A stretch of DNA of 64,000 nt from NCBI GenBank assembly GCA_051362555.1, contig CM120642.1, forward strand, positions 17,794,001-17,858,000, written 5' to 3'. The translations under genes and the position numbers were made by a program. This stretch comes from Lingula anatina. Its lineage: Eukaryota; Animalia; Brachiopoda. The notes beneath the pieces are model-generated. The model made no database searches and had not been told where the DNA came from. It saw only the letters and a program-made list of their open reading frames with translations. Below, piece by piece: positions 49,801 to 62,305 of this stretch (position 1 is its first letter; each line of letters opens with the position of its first letter).

Positions 49801-52800
49801 TGTTCTTCTTCCTTCTTTGTTCTTTTTCTTAGCTTGTGCACTTTCCCTGTAGTCTTTGCAGAGGTGGCCTTTTTGGATTTCTTTGATCTTTTATCCTGCA
49901 CAGTGGAAGGAGCTTTGAAGTCACATGACTGTGAAGTGGTGTCCTGATTGGCTGAGTTCATGGACTCCTTCAAACTAGTACTTTTTGATTTGCTTTTGTT
50001 TCCTTTTTTCTTTGTTGTTAACTTGCTGCATTTTTTACCTCTTACTTTTGCTTCAAGCTAAAATCCAAGCAAAAGTTATACAGTGTCATCACTTTGCAGG
50101 TAATATGAATATAAAAATTTGTAACTTCTTTAAACAATTCTCACAAATTACAGGCATACACCTTCCAGTTATTTTTGTGTTTATAAAACTATAAAATACT
50201 TCAGTTATCTTCTTAGTCACCCAATACCTTCATTTATTGTTTTACCTCTTGTATTGCAGAGTCTAAATCTCCATCAGCTAACCAGCCCAACTTGGAAGCC
50301 ATCTGACTGAACATGTCATCCAGACTTTCCCCCTGTGCTGTGAGACACAAAGGATGGAGTTAAATTAATATCATAATGGTTATCACAGCGTGAGAAATTC
50401 AGGATATTTCGCATAGTACAACAATATTTATTAATTGATGAAAGAATGCAATATTAGTGGTCAAATTGCAACATGAATAAGACAGGCAAAAGTAAGACCA
50501 AAAACTATTAGCAACTGGTCTTACTCTTTCTGTAATTAACAAAAATATGAACATAATATGGCAATTTGGAAAAAAATAAATTAATTAAAAAAGTAAAATA
50601 AAAATATAATTAAAAAATTAAAAAAGCCAAACTCCTACCTTGATCTTTTTCATCTTTACAATTCCCAGACTGGTCATCTGATTGACGGTCAATAGGGCTC
50701 AAGTTTAATGACCCTTCCACACTGGACGTAGAGTCTCTGACAGTGGAAGAAAGCTTAACATTTGGATCTACTGGTTCTGAATTATCAAAGCTCTCATTAG
50801 AAGAGGATCCACTGGCTACAAGTTCAGGGGTCTCTGACAATTCTGTGGGTATACTGGAGTCATATAGGGCCTGACATTTCTCACCGTTAGTTGAAGAATT
50901 TTGATTATCAACTGAAAAATCTAGATGACTGTTTTGGCAGACTTCGTCATTTGAAGTGATTTCAGTTATGGCAGACAGTGGGGTCTTGGCTGCACAAAGT
51001 TCAGAAGGTGCTTCATCTTCTACAGAAACCTGTATCTGCTTGCTCTCATTTCCGACAGAATCTGCTGATGTTAGTGAATCAGCAGTTACAAATCCAAGCT
51101 CTGAATGGACGGATGCAGGCAGATTGCCATCTGCCATTTCAGTTTCCTGTTTTTCACTGAGATCACCCTGTGTTGAGTTCAAAGACACCTGTAGACTTTT
51201 GTCTTCTATAGATAATTCCTGTTCTGAAATTGAAGACTCAGAGCTATTTTTATCATTGTGACTACTTAGATCATCATTTAAACCAGAAACAAGAGGTTCT
51301 TCTTTTCTAACAACATTACTGACGCTAATTTTTTCATCTTCAGCATTCAAAGACAATCCATCACAGCTGTTGCTGGAATCGTGTGTACAGCTGTGACCTT
51401 CAGAGGTCAAAGATGCCTGTATGTTCTTATTGCTAGTATCACACAGAGAACTTCCAGTCTTACTGTTCTGGCCTTTAGTTTCACTTGACCAATGGAGGTC
51501 ATTTTCTTCACTATCCTGGGGTGCTTGGATGGCACTGTTACTGGCAATGTCACAATGTGCAGAAGTTTCACTTTCAGAGTTCAAAACATTTTGATCAGTG
51601 TTGTTACTATGGTCGGTTGTACAACATTCAACTTCAGAATTTAAGGATGCTTGAATGTTCTTATCACTGATATCTGGTCCAAAGCTTTCACTTTCTGAGG
51701 TCAGAGAAGTTTCTTCAGATTTAATCCATAATTTCTGCGTGGTACTTTCAGTTTCGCTGTTCATTGAGGAATGATTGCTCTTGTTACTGACATCAGATTT
51801 GGAGCATCCAGTATCTGAGCTTATGCTATCTTCCACACATTTTGAGGAAATTTCTACTTTGGGATCAAAAGATGCTGGAATACATTCATCACTAGCATCC
51901 TGAAAAGAACTGACAAGAAATGGTCTTGTTTCTTGCACATCAAATTTTGCCCTTGTGCTCTTTACACTACTTTTTAACTTGTCATTCACTCTTATGTAAT
52001 GGTCTACTGGAGATATGTCTTGGTATTTTTCCTCTTTCTCAGATAAAACATTTTCATTTTCCCCTCTGAGGTCTTTTTTGGCCTTACACGAAGTCTTCTT
52101 AGGATTTCTGTTCTTGTCCCCATTTAGTTCTTTGTCCCTATTGGGAGGGGCTTCTGAATTAGATGAATGGTTGGCAGAGCTCTGACTGGCTATTTCAGTG
52201 CTTGCGCTTCCAGATTTCTTGCTCTTTCTTGTTTTCTTTGTAGAAGCTTTTACTTTTTTCTTTGATTTCACCTTTTGTTCCAACTGAAAGGTAAATAATT
52301 TAATTACAATATTTAACAAAAGATCTGCATACATGTCTGCATGTTAAGTTTCAGACAAACAACCAAACAATCCAACTGAAAAAGATCATTTATATACACA
52401 CTAGGCAGTTTTTTTTCTAATCTGCAATGCTTTTGAGTAAATACTCTCCCATTTTTGTGATAAAGGCCCCATTCCCATACACACCATTGGTTAAAATCAA
52501 ACCAACTTTATGGGGACTCTTGCTGAGTACAATCAGCTTAACTGGATGACATGCTTCCTCCTGGCATTGAATAGACTACAGAAAAGCTAGTGATTATACA
52601 AGAATGTTGGAAAAAAAGGCCTGGAATTCAGTTAAGCTGATTGCACTCAGCAAGAGTCCCCACAGAGTTGGATCAATCTACATAGATCAATGGTGTCTAT
52701 GGGCATGGGGCCTATATAACAATTAAAAATCCGAGAGTATTACTCAAAAGCATTTTCCTAGAAGAGTGTGTGCAATTCAAATATTCTTATAATGGCTTAC

Positions 52801-53099
52801 ACTGGTACACATAAAATTGAATACATCTTTTTAATTGTGCCAAGCATCTCAAACATTTCTGAGTTCCTGAACAGTGAGAGACACTCACTTCATTTCCTAG
52901 TGCACACATTAATATACGTAAATAATTAATAATCATCTTTCTGATATCTCTGTTGTCTTTGCAGAGTTTAATGTATTTTGACTAAATGAATCACCTCCTC
53001 AATGGCTACATCTAGATTATCAAGCTTCAGCAGTCCAAGTTTTTCGCCAACTTTTTGGAACAACTCATCAAAGTCAGCATCATTCTCTTTATCCTCCAT
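42957..53099 (-). CDS. GCNA: GCNA/ACRC germ cell nuclear acidic SprT-like metalloprotease, 14 coding exons, ~1637 aa: complement(join(42957..43206,43547..43654,44070..44166,44408..44549,44991..45075,45654..45804,46228..46363,46906..47044,47397..47448,47722..47771,48196..50057,50246..50337,50639..52283,52995..53099))
   Basis: SprT core WNKRLLKTAGYC...IELSDKVCDS..RVRNTLIHEMCHAA..GHGPYWK (HExxH at 44129-44143), CxxC..CxxC Zn finger (CTNC, CGHC), C-terminal HMG-like segment (PFAKFVKENY..KDVMRQLS), preceded by a huge Ser/Asp/Glu-rich disordered region. This is the canonical GCNA domain order. The frame is continuous across all junctions. Confidence 0.9.
43736..43796. repeat. (TG)n microsatellite in a GCNA intron
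   Basis: Read directly. Others: (CA)n 14668-14693, (TC)n 9926-9947, (AAAT)n 29123-29160, (TG)n 36380-36431. Confidence 0.95.
46706..46897 (+). mobile_element. MITE family B with an internal poly-A expansion
   Basis: TIRs CAGGGGCAGA / TCCGCCCCTG; flanks GTTTA / GTTTT; internal homology to 20353. Confidence 0.8.
52464..52713. mobile_element. MITE family D2 (AGGCCCCATTCCCATA TIR)
   Basis: Long imperfect inverted arms; homologous in reverse to 62306-62589. Confidence 0.8.
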
Positions 53100-53676
53100 G
53101 TCTGACCTAAGAATTAAAAAATAATGATTAAATGGGTAAAAAAAACAGTGCACCATTTTTAAAATCCAATCGGACTTTAAATTTAGAAAAAAATAAATTG
53201 TCAAATCACAGGGACAACTTGTATTGAAAAAAGTTCCAAACTCACCAATGGAACATTATCTTTTGATTAATACAAGAGTGTTCTTCAGTTTTCATACTCT
53301 AACCTCAACTTAGGCAAAGCTAAAATGGCAAAGGCAAAACAACAAGCCGAGACAATAAAACTTGATGTTGTAACACATATTACACTGACACATAGATGAA
53401 TGGTGTTAAAAAAGAGGTGAAATATGGTATGCATTATGGGGGAAGGGCAGAGTTTGAGTGGCATGTTTTGAGTCACTAACTATATTCAAAGTTATTAACT
53501 TTTTCACAATCAAATTCAGTACTTGAGGCTGTACAAGACATATGATTGCCAACTTCTGGAAAACCCACTGAATATCATTTTTGCATTATGACAGTCTAGT
53601 GTGGCATGATCATACTTTTTGCAAAGTCTAAATTTATAAATGTGTGGATTTCACTCATTTCACAGACATGAGCCTA

Positions 53677-53679
<3 letters not shown>

Positions 53680-53722
<43 letters not shown>
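53680..53722. repeat. Poly-A tract (~43 nt)
   Basis: Read directly. Confidence 0.9.
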
Positions 53723-53725
<3 letters not shown>

Positions 53726-54247
53726 GAACATTTATCATGGGACCCAACACCTAACCTTGAAGAATATCAGGAACCATCAGAATTAAATTTAATAAAAAAC
53801 CTGGAATTCCGCTTTCCGTCTAAAAAGCTCATGTCTGATTTTAGTTGAATGCTAAACTAATCGCTCGAGCTGACAGCCGAGCAAGACTAGTGAAGTTTTT
53901 TTAAAACAAAACTCAAATCAACTTAATCCATTTTATTAAACATTCCATAAGTCATGAGGTTACTTTTATCGCTCTAAACATATCCATTAATTAATATTTT
54001 TTCCTAAGCAAGTAGAGGCTAGAAAGAGCTACTTTTTCAGCCAAATGTGGAAAGAGGCAAACGGTTTTCGACTACAGCCCTTTTTTACGAAGTATTACTG
54101 GCAATAACTAAAAATAAAATGGTACCCTATTTTTGTCATTTCTTAACATTCAAATCACCAATACTGATTTCTAGAACGTACCAGATTTTTGGGCACTTGT
54201 GATCACTACAAACACTTTGACAATCCCAGTGTTTACATAAAGCGCAC

Positions 54248-54512
54248 CTGTCGCCTCGCCACCATTTTTAAATTCTCCGCTCAAGAGGATGCTGGGGAAA
54301 ACTCGAAAATATTAGCATTAATATATCCATTTCCTTGTTTATGATTTTTAGACGATAAATACATAAAATGGCCCTAAATATACAAAATTTAGTCTATTTG
54401 CTATACCATTTGGTACATTTTGAAAATTGATTACTGATCTTGAAATCTCGCCCAAACGTGATCCAATGTGCGAGAATCAAAAGCAGGAAGTTGACATTGG
54501 CATGCGGTAAGT
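54248..54512. promoter_or_regulatory. Probable bidirectional promoter: GCNA first exon (minus, donor at 54248) and first exon of a plus-strand transcript (donor at 54507)
   Basis: Divergent splice donors (CAG|gtgcgc on -, GCG|gtaagt on +) about 260 bp apart; locally CpG-richer; ETS-like CAGGAAGT at 54484; YY1-like AAAATGG on minus near 54262-54268. Confidence 0.5.
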
Positions 54513-55244
54513 TTGTAAACTTGACCTTATTTAAATTTTACTGCATGCATTCGAAACTATTTCGATGCGTGGTTCTTAGGCGAGTATATTTTTTAATTTC
54601 ACAACACCCATTTAACGTGATATTTTTTTGATGGAGATTTACGTGAGGAAGACAATAAAGCTATTCGATCAAACGTGACAAAGTTGACAAGAAAGTTTTT
54701 CATAGCGAAAATATATTTACTGTCACAATTAAGAAACTTACTGGTAGGAGTTCATACAATGTGTGGATGTAATTATGTCACTTTTTATATGAACGTTTGT
54801 TCCTGTCCATGCCTCTGGCAATCCTTTTAACCTCTCAATATTTACATCTGAATAGCGTACTTGATACATCTGAATCGCCCTCCCATCTTCAGAAGTTCAG
54901 TTGATTTGTTTACACTTCGCTGTCATCCTGATTGGTTTATCAGCCTTGTTCATGAACATAGAAAACAACAGCAACAAACTGTTGAATACCATGTTAATCT
55001 ACCATATGGCAAAAAAGTAGATCAAAATCTGTTAAGGATTTTTTAACGAATTTCATAAAATGTAATATTGATATAAACCATCAGCTAATGGAGCTTCTTG
55101 AAACAGAAATTAAGAGATAAAAATGCATATAGAATAGAAACAGACATCATTTCACCCTCAAACTGTTACACCTACCAGGTAGTACCTTAAATTTGCTGGA
55201 TTACTTCATTCCAACCTACCTACTAGTATTTACATGTATACATG

Positions 55245-55425
55245 CAGGCCTGTAGCCAAGGGGGGGGGGGGGGGGGGGTCGGAGGGTTCAAAAGAACCGC
55301 CCCTTTTGCTGGGAAAAGGTCCACTTTGGGTAAAATATGATCAGGGTACATGAAGTTTTTATGGGAAAAGGTCCACCTTTTCAAAAAAAGAACCCCCCCT
55401 TTTGAAATTGCTGGCTACGGGCCTG
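55245..55425. mobile_element. MITE family C (CAGGCCTGTAGCCA / TGGCTACGGGCCTG TIRs, 5-bp TSD ACATG)
   Basis: 14-bp near-perfect TIR; ACATG at 55240-55244 and 55426-55430; internal duplicated GGGAAAAGGTCCAC. Confidence 0.85.
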
Positions 55426-57499
55426 ACATGTAACCTAGGCTGATCCAAATGCCTCTGCTGTCGGCTCTTCTTCATCTGTTGCCTTGATGCCATGGAATGT
55501 AATCTTGGCTACATCTCTAGATTTTTGGGGTTCATTATTATTATGTAGAATCGGCACTCATCCTTTCAAAGATTTATAAACTGTTTTCTAAAGCTATTGA
55601 TTGATGGTGCTGTTTGAACTTCTTACAACTTCTATGATAATCATCTGTTCATTTGTTAATCAGGCCTCTACACTTCTAAGTCAAATGCAGGGAGCATAAA
55701 CTTTTTACTTTTAAATTTGTAGTTCTGATTTTATTTGGATTTTGTTGTAGACCAAGATGTATATTAAATGCAAATGTTTTATGTTCAAAAACTATCATCA
55801 ATTTGATAATGCTTCTGAAGGCATATTAGGTAATAAATTGATGAAAGATTGACTGCATTCCACTTAAGCTTGTAGACAAATAGGATGAAACCTAATGCAA
55901 TTTTAAAATTTTTGGTAAAAAATTGTGTAAAGAAGCACCTTTTTAAGTTTGACCAGTTTTTTTAAAGCAAATTTATATATATTATAATACTCAAAAAAGA
56001 ACTTCTGAAAACACATCTTACAGTAATTTTCAAGTATAAACAAGGTAGGTAGGAGACAAAACACCTACACAGAGCGACAGTGACTGCTATTGGTTACGTG
56101 TTTTTTTTTTTTTTTTTTTTTAGGTGTGTGGGGGTAGGTGGGTGGTACGGCTGTTAAGACGTGAGGGGTATAGGCATTGAGTTAAAGGCCTTTGAAAACT
56201 AGTCAGAGACATTTTATTAAATGTAATTCCTTCCTTCCCTTTCAAGTTATCCCCAATTAGGCCTCCTAGATCCACATAATTTCTTCATTAAAATTTCTGT
56301 TAGGCAAAGCTTGTCACAATGCTGTTATCTGCTATCTTGTTTCATGTTTCATTAATGGATTTCTAACTCCCAGAGGAATGTAGAAGCATGTTTCCTGCAT
56401 TACAAAACAGCACTACAGACAGTGTCTTCTTAGTCAACAGCTAATAGATTATCATCCATTTTCTTTGATCTGTATTCTGTGAGTGGTGGTATGAAGAGAA
56501 GTGCTTAATGTATTTATTCTATTCCTAAATGAAAAATAGACTTGAAGAAGTGTATCTCTTTTTGCAGATGCTCTGTGGTTACTTGTACAGAATTTAATGA
56601 TCTTGGTGAGTACTAGTACTTTAGGTTGAATCAAGGCTTTTCCCAGCAAACTGTCCAGTCGACATTTGGACTGGTGGTGGCATCACTAGATGGCTTATAT
56701 TTTCAAAGATGGCTGGATGGCTTCTGAGTTTTTTTTTTTTTTTTTTTTTTTTCAAGTGAAGGCTTGGACTCTCTTACATTTAGTAGGAACTTACAGGTGG
56801 ACGGCCACAACCCCAATCCTGGGAAAACCTCTGGGTTGAATGTTAGTATATATATGTTATCCAGCTGCAAATGCAATAAAAATATTTTATTTATCTCTTT
56901 TTTTCTTTAAAAAAATTATTAAAGCACAACTTACCACCTTAAGCTACTATGCGAGTGACAAGGTGACATTGTCTTCAGAAATTTTTGGCTTGCCAGTATA
57001 AGTAAAATATTGAGCTTAATCAACAAGAGAATTGTTCTTTTAATTAAAGTCATTATTAAACGAAGCAATCTTAATTTTGATTTTTAAAAAAAGTGGACAC
57101 TTATGACTGTGAAAATTGTGAAGAGATGTTTTGCAGGTCCTGGATGGAAGATGTGAACTAAAATTCCTATTTATTATGCCACATCAAGGCAATTGTGGAA
57201 GGTTGAGTGATCGTAATGCACTGCTCTTGGATTATTGATTACAACATGAACAACAGTGACATATCTGTTTGTTCTTTTCATCCATTTGAAGATGAATTCC
57301 CAGTCCTGGAAATAAAGGTTATTGATCAGATCAAGTCTTTTCAACCTGCATGCCACTGTTCATTCTATTATTCATGAAAAATGTCTTCTTTTTTTTACTA
57401 TTGAATAATGAGGTTTAAGCTCATAGATGGATGGCTACATATGTTTTAAACTCTCTCTCTCTCTTCCCCTCTCTCCCTCTCTCTCTCTCTTTCTCTCTC

Positions 57500-57595
57500 C
57501 AGGCCTTCCCAACTATCAGACTCAGCACCGAATGATCCCGAATTCACCGGTAGATCGGACGGTAGATTCTGTGCTGAGTCTGGTAGTTGGGTAGG

Positions 57596-57599
<4 letters not shown>
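57500..57599. mobile_element. 100-bp hAT-like mini-MITE hairpin inserted in a (TC)n microsatellite
   Basis: 34-bp arms CAGGCCTTCCCAACTATCAGACTCAGCACCGAAT / ATTCTGTGCTGAGTCTGGTAGTTGGGTAGGCCTG; TCTCTCTC on both sides. Confidence 0.75.
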
Positions 57600-57635
<36 letters not shown>

Positions 57636-58765
57636 CAAGCATAACAACACAAACACACATTTGTATACTCCACCATTTCACACTTGATGTGTTATAGTAC
57701 ATAGTTCAAAGTAATACCATTTTGTGAAAATCTTTTGGGAAAAGTTTCCCATTCCCCCCAGGGTGTTATCAAGTCAATACAACAAACAGGCATCTTTCCT
57801 CAGTTCAACATTCTCTTCTGTATATTAAGCAAGCAGTGTAAATAGTGAAGTATTGATGCATTCTGATACAGCAAATACCACGATATTCTTTTTTCTTTCT
57901 AGTGATTTGTTTAATGTAGGTTATATTTACGGTAATTGATCTGATAAGGTGGTCAGCAAACATCAGGTCCAGTATTTATACCCAGTTTGTACACTGTGTC
58001 TTCCAATGTTGCATTGTAACATATAAAATTTTGCAGTGAATTATTAGGTCATAATCCACATTTCGACAGTAATACCAGAACAGGGATTATGCGGCATGGA
58101 AAAGTTGTTTCTACTCAGTTATGAAACTCACTGGCAAGAAATTATTTTTAGACTATATTACAACCCTCCATTTAGACCAGAAATTTTCTGAAAGTATAAA
58201 AAAAAAAGAATTATAAATGATGTGCCACATAATACTGCTTTAAAAAAATCAATATTCTGTGGTTTTCTAGTACTAGTAGGTATAAATGCTGAAATGAAGC
58301 ATTAGTCATGTTAGCAGTTTCATAATTATCATAACATGTCAGACCCTTTTTTTTTTAGTCTAGTAGACTTAATAACGACAATTTCCCATTAATTTCCTTG
58401 GGTAGATATTATATACATGTTGCAGGAAATGTAGTCATTCAGTTGAATTTAATAATAACAATGATCATTTCCAAATTTATATTTTCCTTTGCAAAGTTAC
58501 TTGGGTCTACTGTGTATAAGTTTATGACTGAAGTGAAATTTAGAAAGTTTTCAAGTGTTTATTGATTAATTGGCAAAGGTGGTAATAAAATAAAACCAAT
58601 ATTCAATAAAACAGTAATAAAAATTCACCGTATCTGTGATTTATTGACAAAAAGTATCAAGTATTTGTATCAAGCATTTTAAGATAGCCAAAAATTCATT
58701 GACAGAGCATCTTTATCCTATTGTTTTAGTATTGCTGTGATAAATTTGTAATGCTTTGTATATCA

Positions 58766-58933
58766 CAGGGGCAGATTTAGGCCGTCTTCTGGGTCTTTCG
58801 GAAGACGGTCAGATTTTCAAGTTTACCTTGATGGGTGTGTAATTTTTTCTCTCGGAAGACGGTCAAAAATGGAGGATGGATCAATAAAGATAATTCGGAA
58901 GCCTATCAGAAAATATCTCTGGATCCGCCCCTG
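58766..58933 (-). mobile_element. MITE family B (5-bp TSD TATCA)
   Basis: Reverse-complement homolog of 20353-20521; TATCA at 58761-58765 and 58934-58938. Confidence 0.85.
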
Positions 58934-59859
58934 TATCATACCTGAAGTTTGAAATCCATATAGCTTTAAGCTACAGGTTAAATAACTGTACCTTATTCTG
59001 GCCTAAACCTCAATTTCAAGTGAAGTGCACTCACTAGTACTAGTAAGTAATTGTAAGGCAAGACTGAATTCATATGACAATGTTCCCATACAAACTAGAT
59101 GGTGAAATATCTGAAACTGAGATGAAGGTAGCTACAGTACATGGTGTACATACTGAGTTTATTTCTTATCACAGTGATGGAGTCAAGTCCAATTTATTCT
59201 AAAACTTAATAAAAGATTGATAAAATTTTGATTTTATGATACCACGGTATATTACTTTGTGGAATTCTGTTATAAAATGAAAGAAAACTGCATGATACGC
59301 TTGATTCGATCATGTGCCATTCATAACTTGGCACAATTTAATGTTCAGGACAGTTACATTTCCTTGGAAGCATGGGTGGGTGTCTAGAAATAATGCATGT
59401 TTTTTTAATCTGAGAATTAACTGCCACAAGTACAATCATTTGGTATCATCCATTAATAACGGAGAGCTAATTTAGAAAAAGCAAAGAAAGAAGCTTGTGA
59501 ATCTTCATGAAAGGCACTGATTAATGCATACATGCATGAGGAAATGCCTGTAGTATGAACACTTATAAGGTTATGTATTTGCAAAGGATTCATGATACAT
59601 TGTGGTTATCCAATAAACTATGGAAGCACTAATTGATGGGGAACATGACTATCCTGGGTTCATTCAATGTGTATTTTGGATAGATACTAATAACCTCATT
59701 AATGACCCTTTATCTTGTAGTGTGCATAGTGGAGGGTATTACATTGGCTCTCTTTGTTAGTTTGCAGGGGAAGTTTTTCATAAGAAAATAAGAAAATTAA
59801 AAATGCGTGTTTTACCACCCACTGACACCTCTTTGAAACAGCTACTTATTTGGCATTTG

Positions 59860-59960
59860 GGTTAGGGTTGGTGTTAGGAGTCAAGATTTCATGGGGGGAG
59901 TCAGATTTTCATTACGGAATTTTGACTCTGGGGGTCAGATTTTCATACATGTAACAACGG
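59860..59960. repeat. Partial element with GGTTAGGGTT core and tandem GGGG(A)GTCAGATTTTCAT units
   Basis: Three related units between 59878 and 59946, ending GTAACAACGG. Confidence 0.45.
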
Positions 59961-61606
59961 TATGATAAATATTTTTAACAAGTATCAATTATTTTTGTTC
60001 TGTTGCATATCCAAGACAGAGACAATTCAGTTACTAGTAAGATTGCAGGTACGTGTCTCTGTAAGTTATGCTGCTGCAAATGTATGTTTAAATGTCCTTG
60101 CATATCATACTTTTTTGAGATATCTGGGGGGGGGGGGGGGGGAACACAGCTTCTCTGATCACATGCATGTCTCACACTGAATTTCAAAGTCAAATACCTC
60201 TTAAAAACTAGATTATCAAGTGCTGTTTTTATAAGTCTTATCTGTAGACTTTGAAATCGGGTTGTTTTATGAAAGATATCTACTAGTAGGGTAACATTCA
60301 GGTGACACAAACGGTGATTTCTGTCTGTGCGTGAGTGTCATCTTGAGCATGGGTCTAGAGCTGATTTTTCTAAAATTGTCACACTGTGGTAGTTAGGTGT
60401 GTACGGAGCTTTGACTTTAAATAAACATTTCGCTTGCACATTGTAAATAGATACAGTATGAGCTTAGGTATGTTGGTCATATGATTAGAAAAAACAATTA
60501 ATTGCCAGTTGAAAAGCTTGATTTTATAAATGCATTGAAAATTCCATGTCGTGAATCAGCTAGTATAGGGGAAGAAGATGCTTTTCCTTGCCGTCAAGTC
60601 TGACCCAGGCTTGCAGTAGAAACTCGGCAATTCTTAGAAACATGATCACCTTGCTGTTTGAAGTGCTTTATATAGAATTGGAAATCAGCCTGTAGTTTTG
60701 ACTTATTTGGAGCATTAATAGAAACAATCAATTCTAGCAATATTATTTTGCCAAATATTTTCTACCTAAAACAGAAGTCTTGTGCGTCAAATGCTGAGTT
60801 CTTTTATTATTCATTGCAGAAGTTATGAGATTTTGAAAACATGGGCATTTCATGCTGCAGTACTTAGTAAATTGAGCACAAAAAGATTACCTGTAGAAAT
60901 TAATGGACCTTATAAATCAGGTATATGTTGAGCTCCGTAAGAATTGATTAACTGTTATGATTATATCTTGTCATATTTTATGCCGAGCCAGCAGCAGAAA
61001 CTGAAGTCTCTTCAGATGCAGTGACTCATCTGTAGTCGGTGATATTGATTTTACCTCCAAACCGTATCAACAATAGTCTTCTTCTCTTTCACCGCAGGCA
61101 TAATTGGGTAAGCGATTAGTGTATGTCGTCAGCAGCGAGGAAACCTACAAGTGGATGCTGGATTGTGGGTCGGCGGATGATTTTCAAGCAGAGGGGAAGA
61201 AGAGAGTGATAACCCAGGTAATAAGTAGAATATCTATCACATGTGAATAGGCACTAGGTCATGGTAATATTATATATATATATATATATCATGTGTTATA
61301 AAATTTACCTCATGAGGCTGACGAACAAACTCCTTCTAACAGTGGAATGCTCTATGTATGTGCTTAGTGGGTTTTTACTATCAATGAGATCATAATTTAT
61401 TGTTTTTTGAAATGCTGATTTGTGAATTGGGATTAGGGGGGTATTAGTAAAGTCATTCAGCATAAGATAATGGTGATTTGTTTTAGTAAGTAGAATTGCC
61501 AGTGAATAAAAGAGCGGATGATAAAAGTGGGTATTCAGGCGTTTGATATGATTATGGGTTCATTTGAATTATGCATAGTAATAGATGTAATGAAATGAGG
61601 GGAGTG

Positions 61607-61638
<32 letters not shown>

Positions 61639-62305
61639 TCCTGTTTAAATCAACAAAAGTTTTTAATTTTAAAGTATGGGTAAAGAAGATGCGTTGTAAG
61701 ATTAATCATTTTGTTAACCCAGCACAGTAAGAGAATGTATGATATGCATTTTTGCTCATTTTTTAACATTGATTTTTTTCCTTATTTTCCAGTCACCATA
61801 TTGTGAGTTTGAAGATCTTGATAGCAATCCTCCAGGGCAGTGTAGATATTTGCTGATTACATAATTGGTAAGTGGCTTGATTAATCATTGATTTTAATTG
61901 TTTATGAGTGTCTGTGTGATAGCATCTGAGCGTTGCAGTACTGGGTGGCCTTCATTGTCATGTATATATGTTTCTTTAGCAGGTTAGCAGAGAATTAAGA
62001 AATAGATAACATATTTATACATATCCTTAATCCATGGAGCTGTTCTTTTCTGTTGGTGTGGCTATCTGGTATTGAACTGACTGTGGACAGATGTATCTTG
62101 CAAATAGATAATTGGATATATAGTTGTCCAGTGGAAATGTTTTTAGACATGCAAAAAGAATCATCAGTGCCATACCCACTTTATAAACATCTATAAAAAT
62201 AGTATGAGATTTCAATGATGTTATATATTTATCTTATATCCGATGTGTTAATTCTCCTTTGGATGAATTATAACTGTCCTCACCATGTTCATAGTAATTA
62301 TTCTA

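Noticed and set aside
48069-52334. The 634-aa and 574-aa ORFs as standalone genes
   Set aside because: Both are internal GCNA exons with proper acceptors and donors; the ORF-track starts and ends are not the real exon boundaries.
55440-55900. Possible LINE 3'-end remnant on minus (EVQTAPSINSFRKQF-like)
   Set aside because: Too degenerate to support without a database search.
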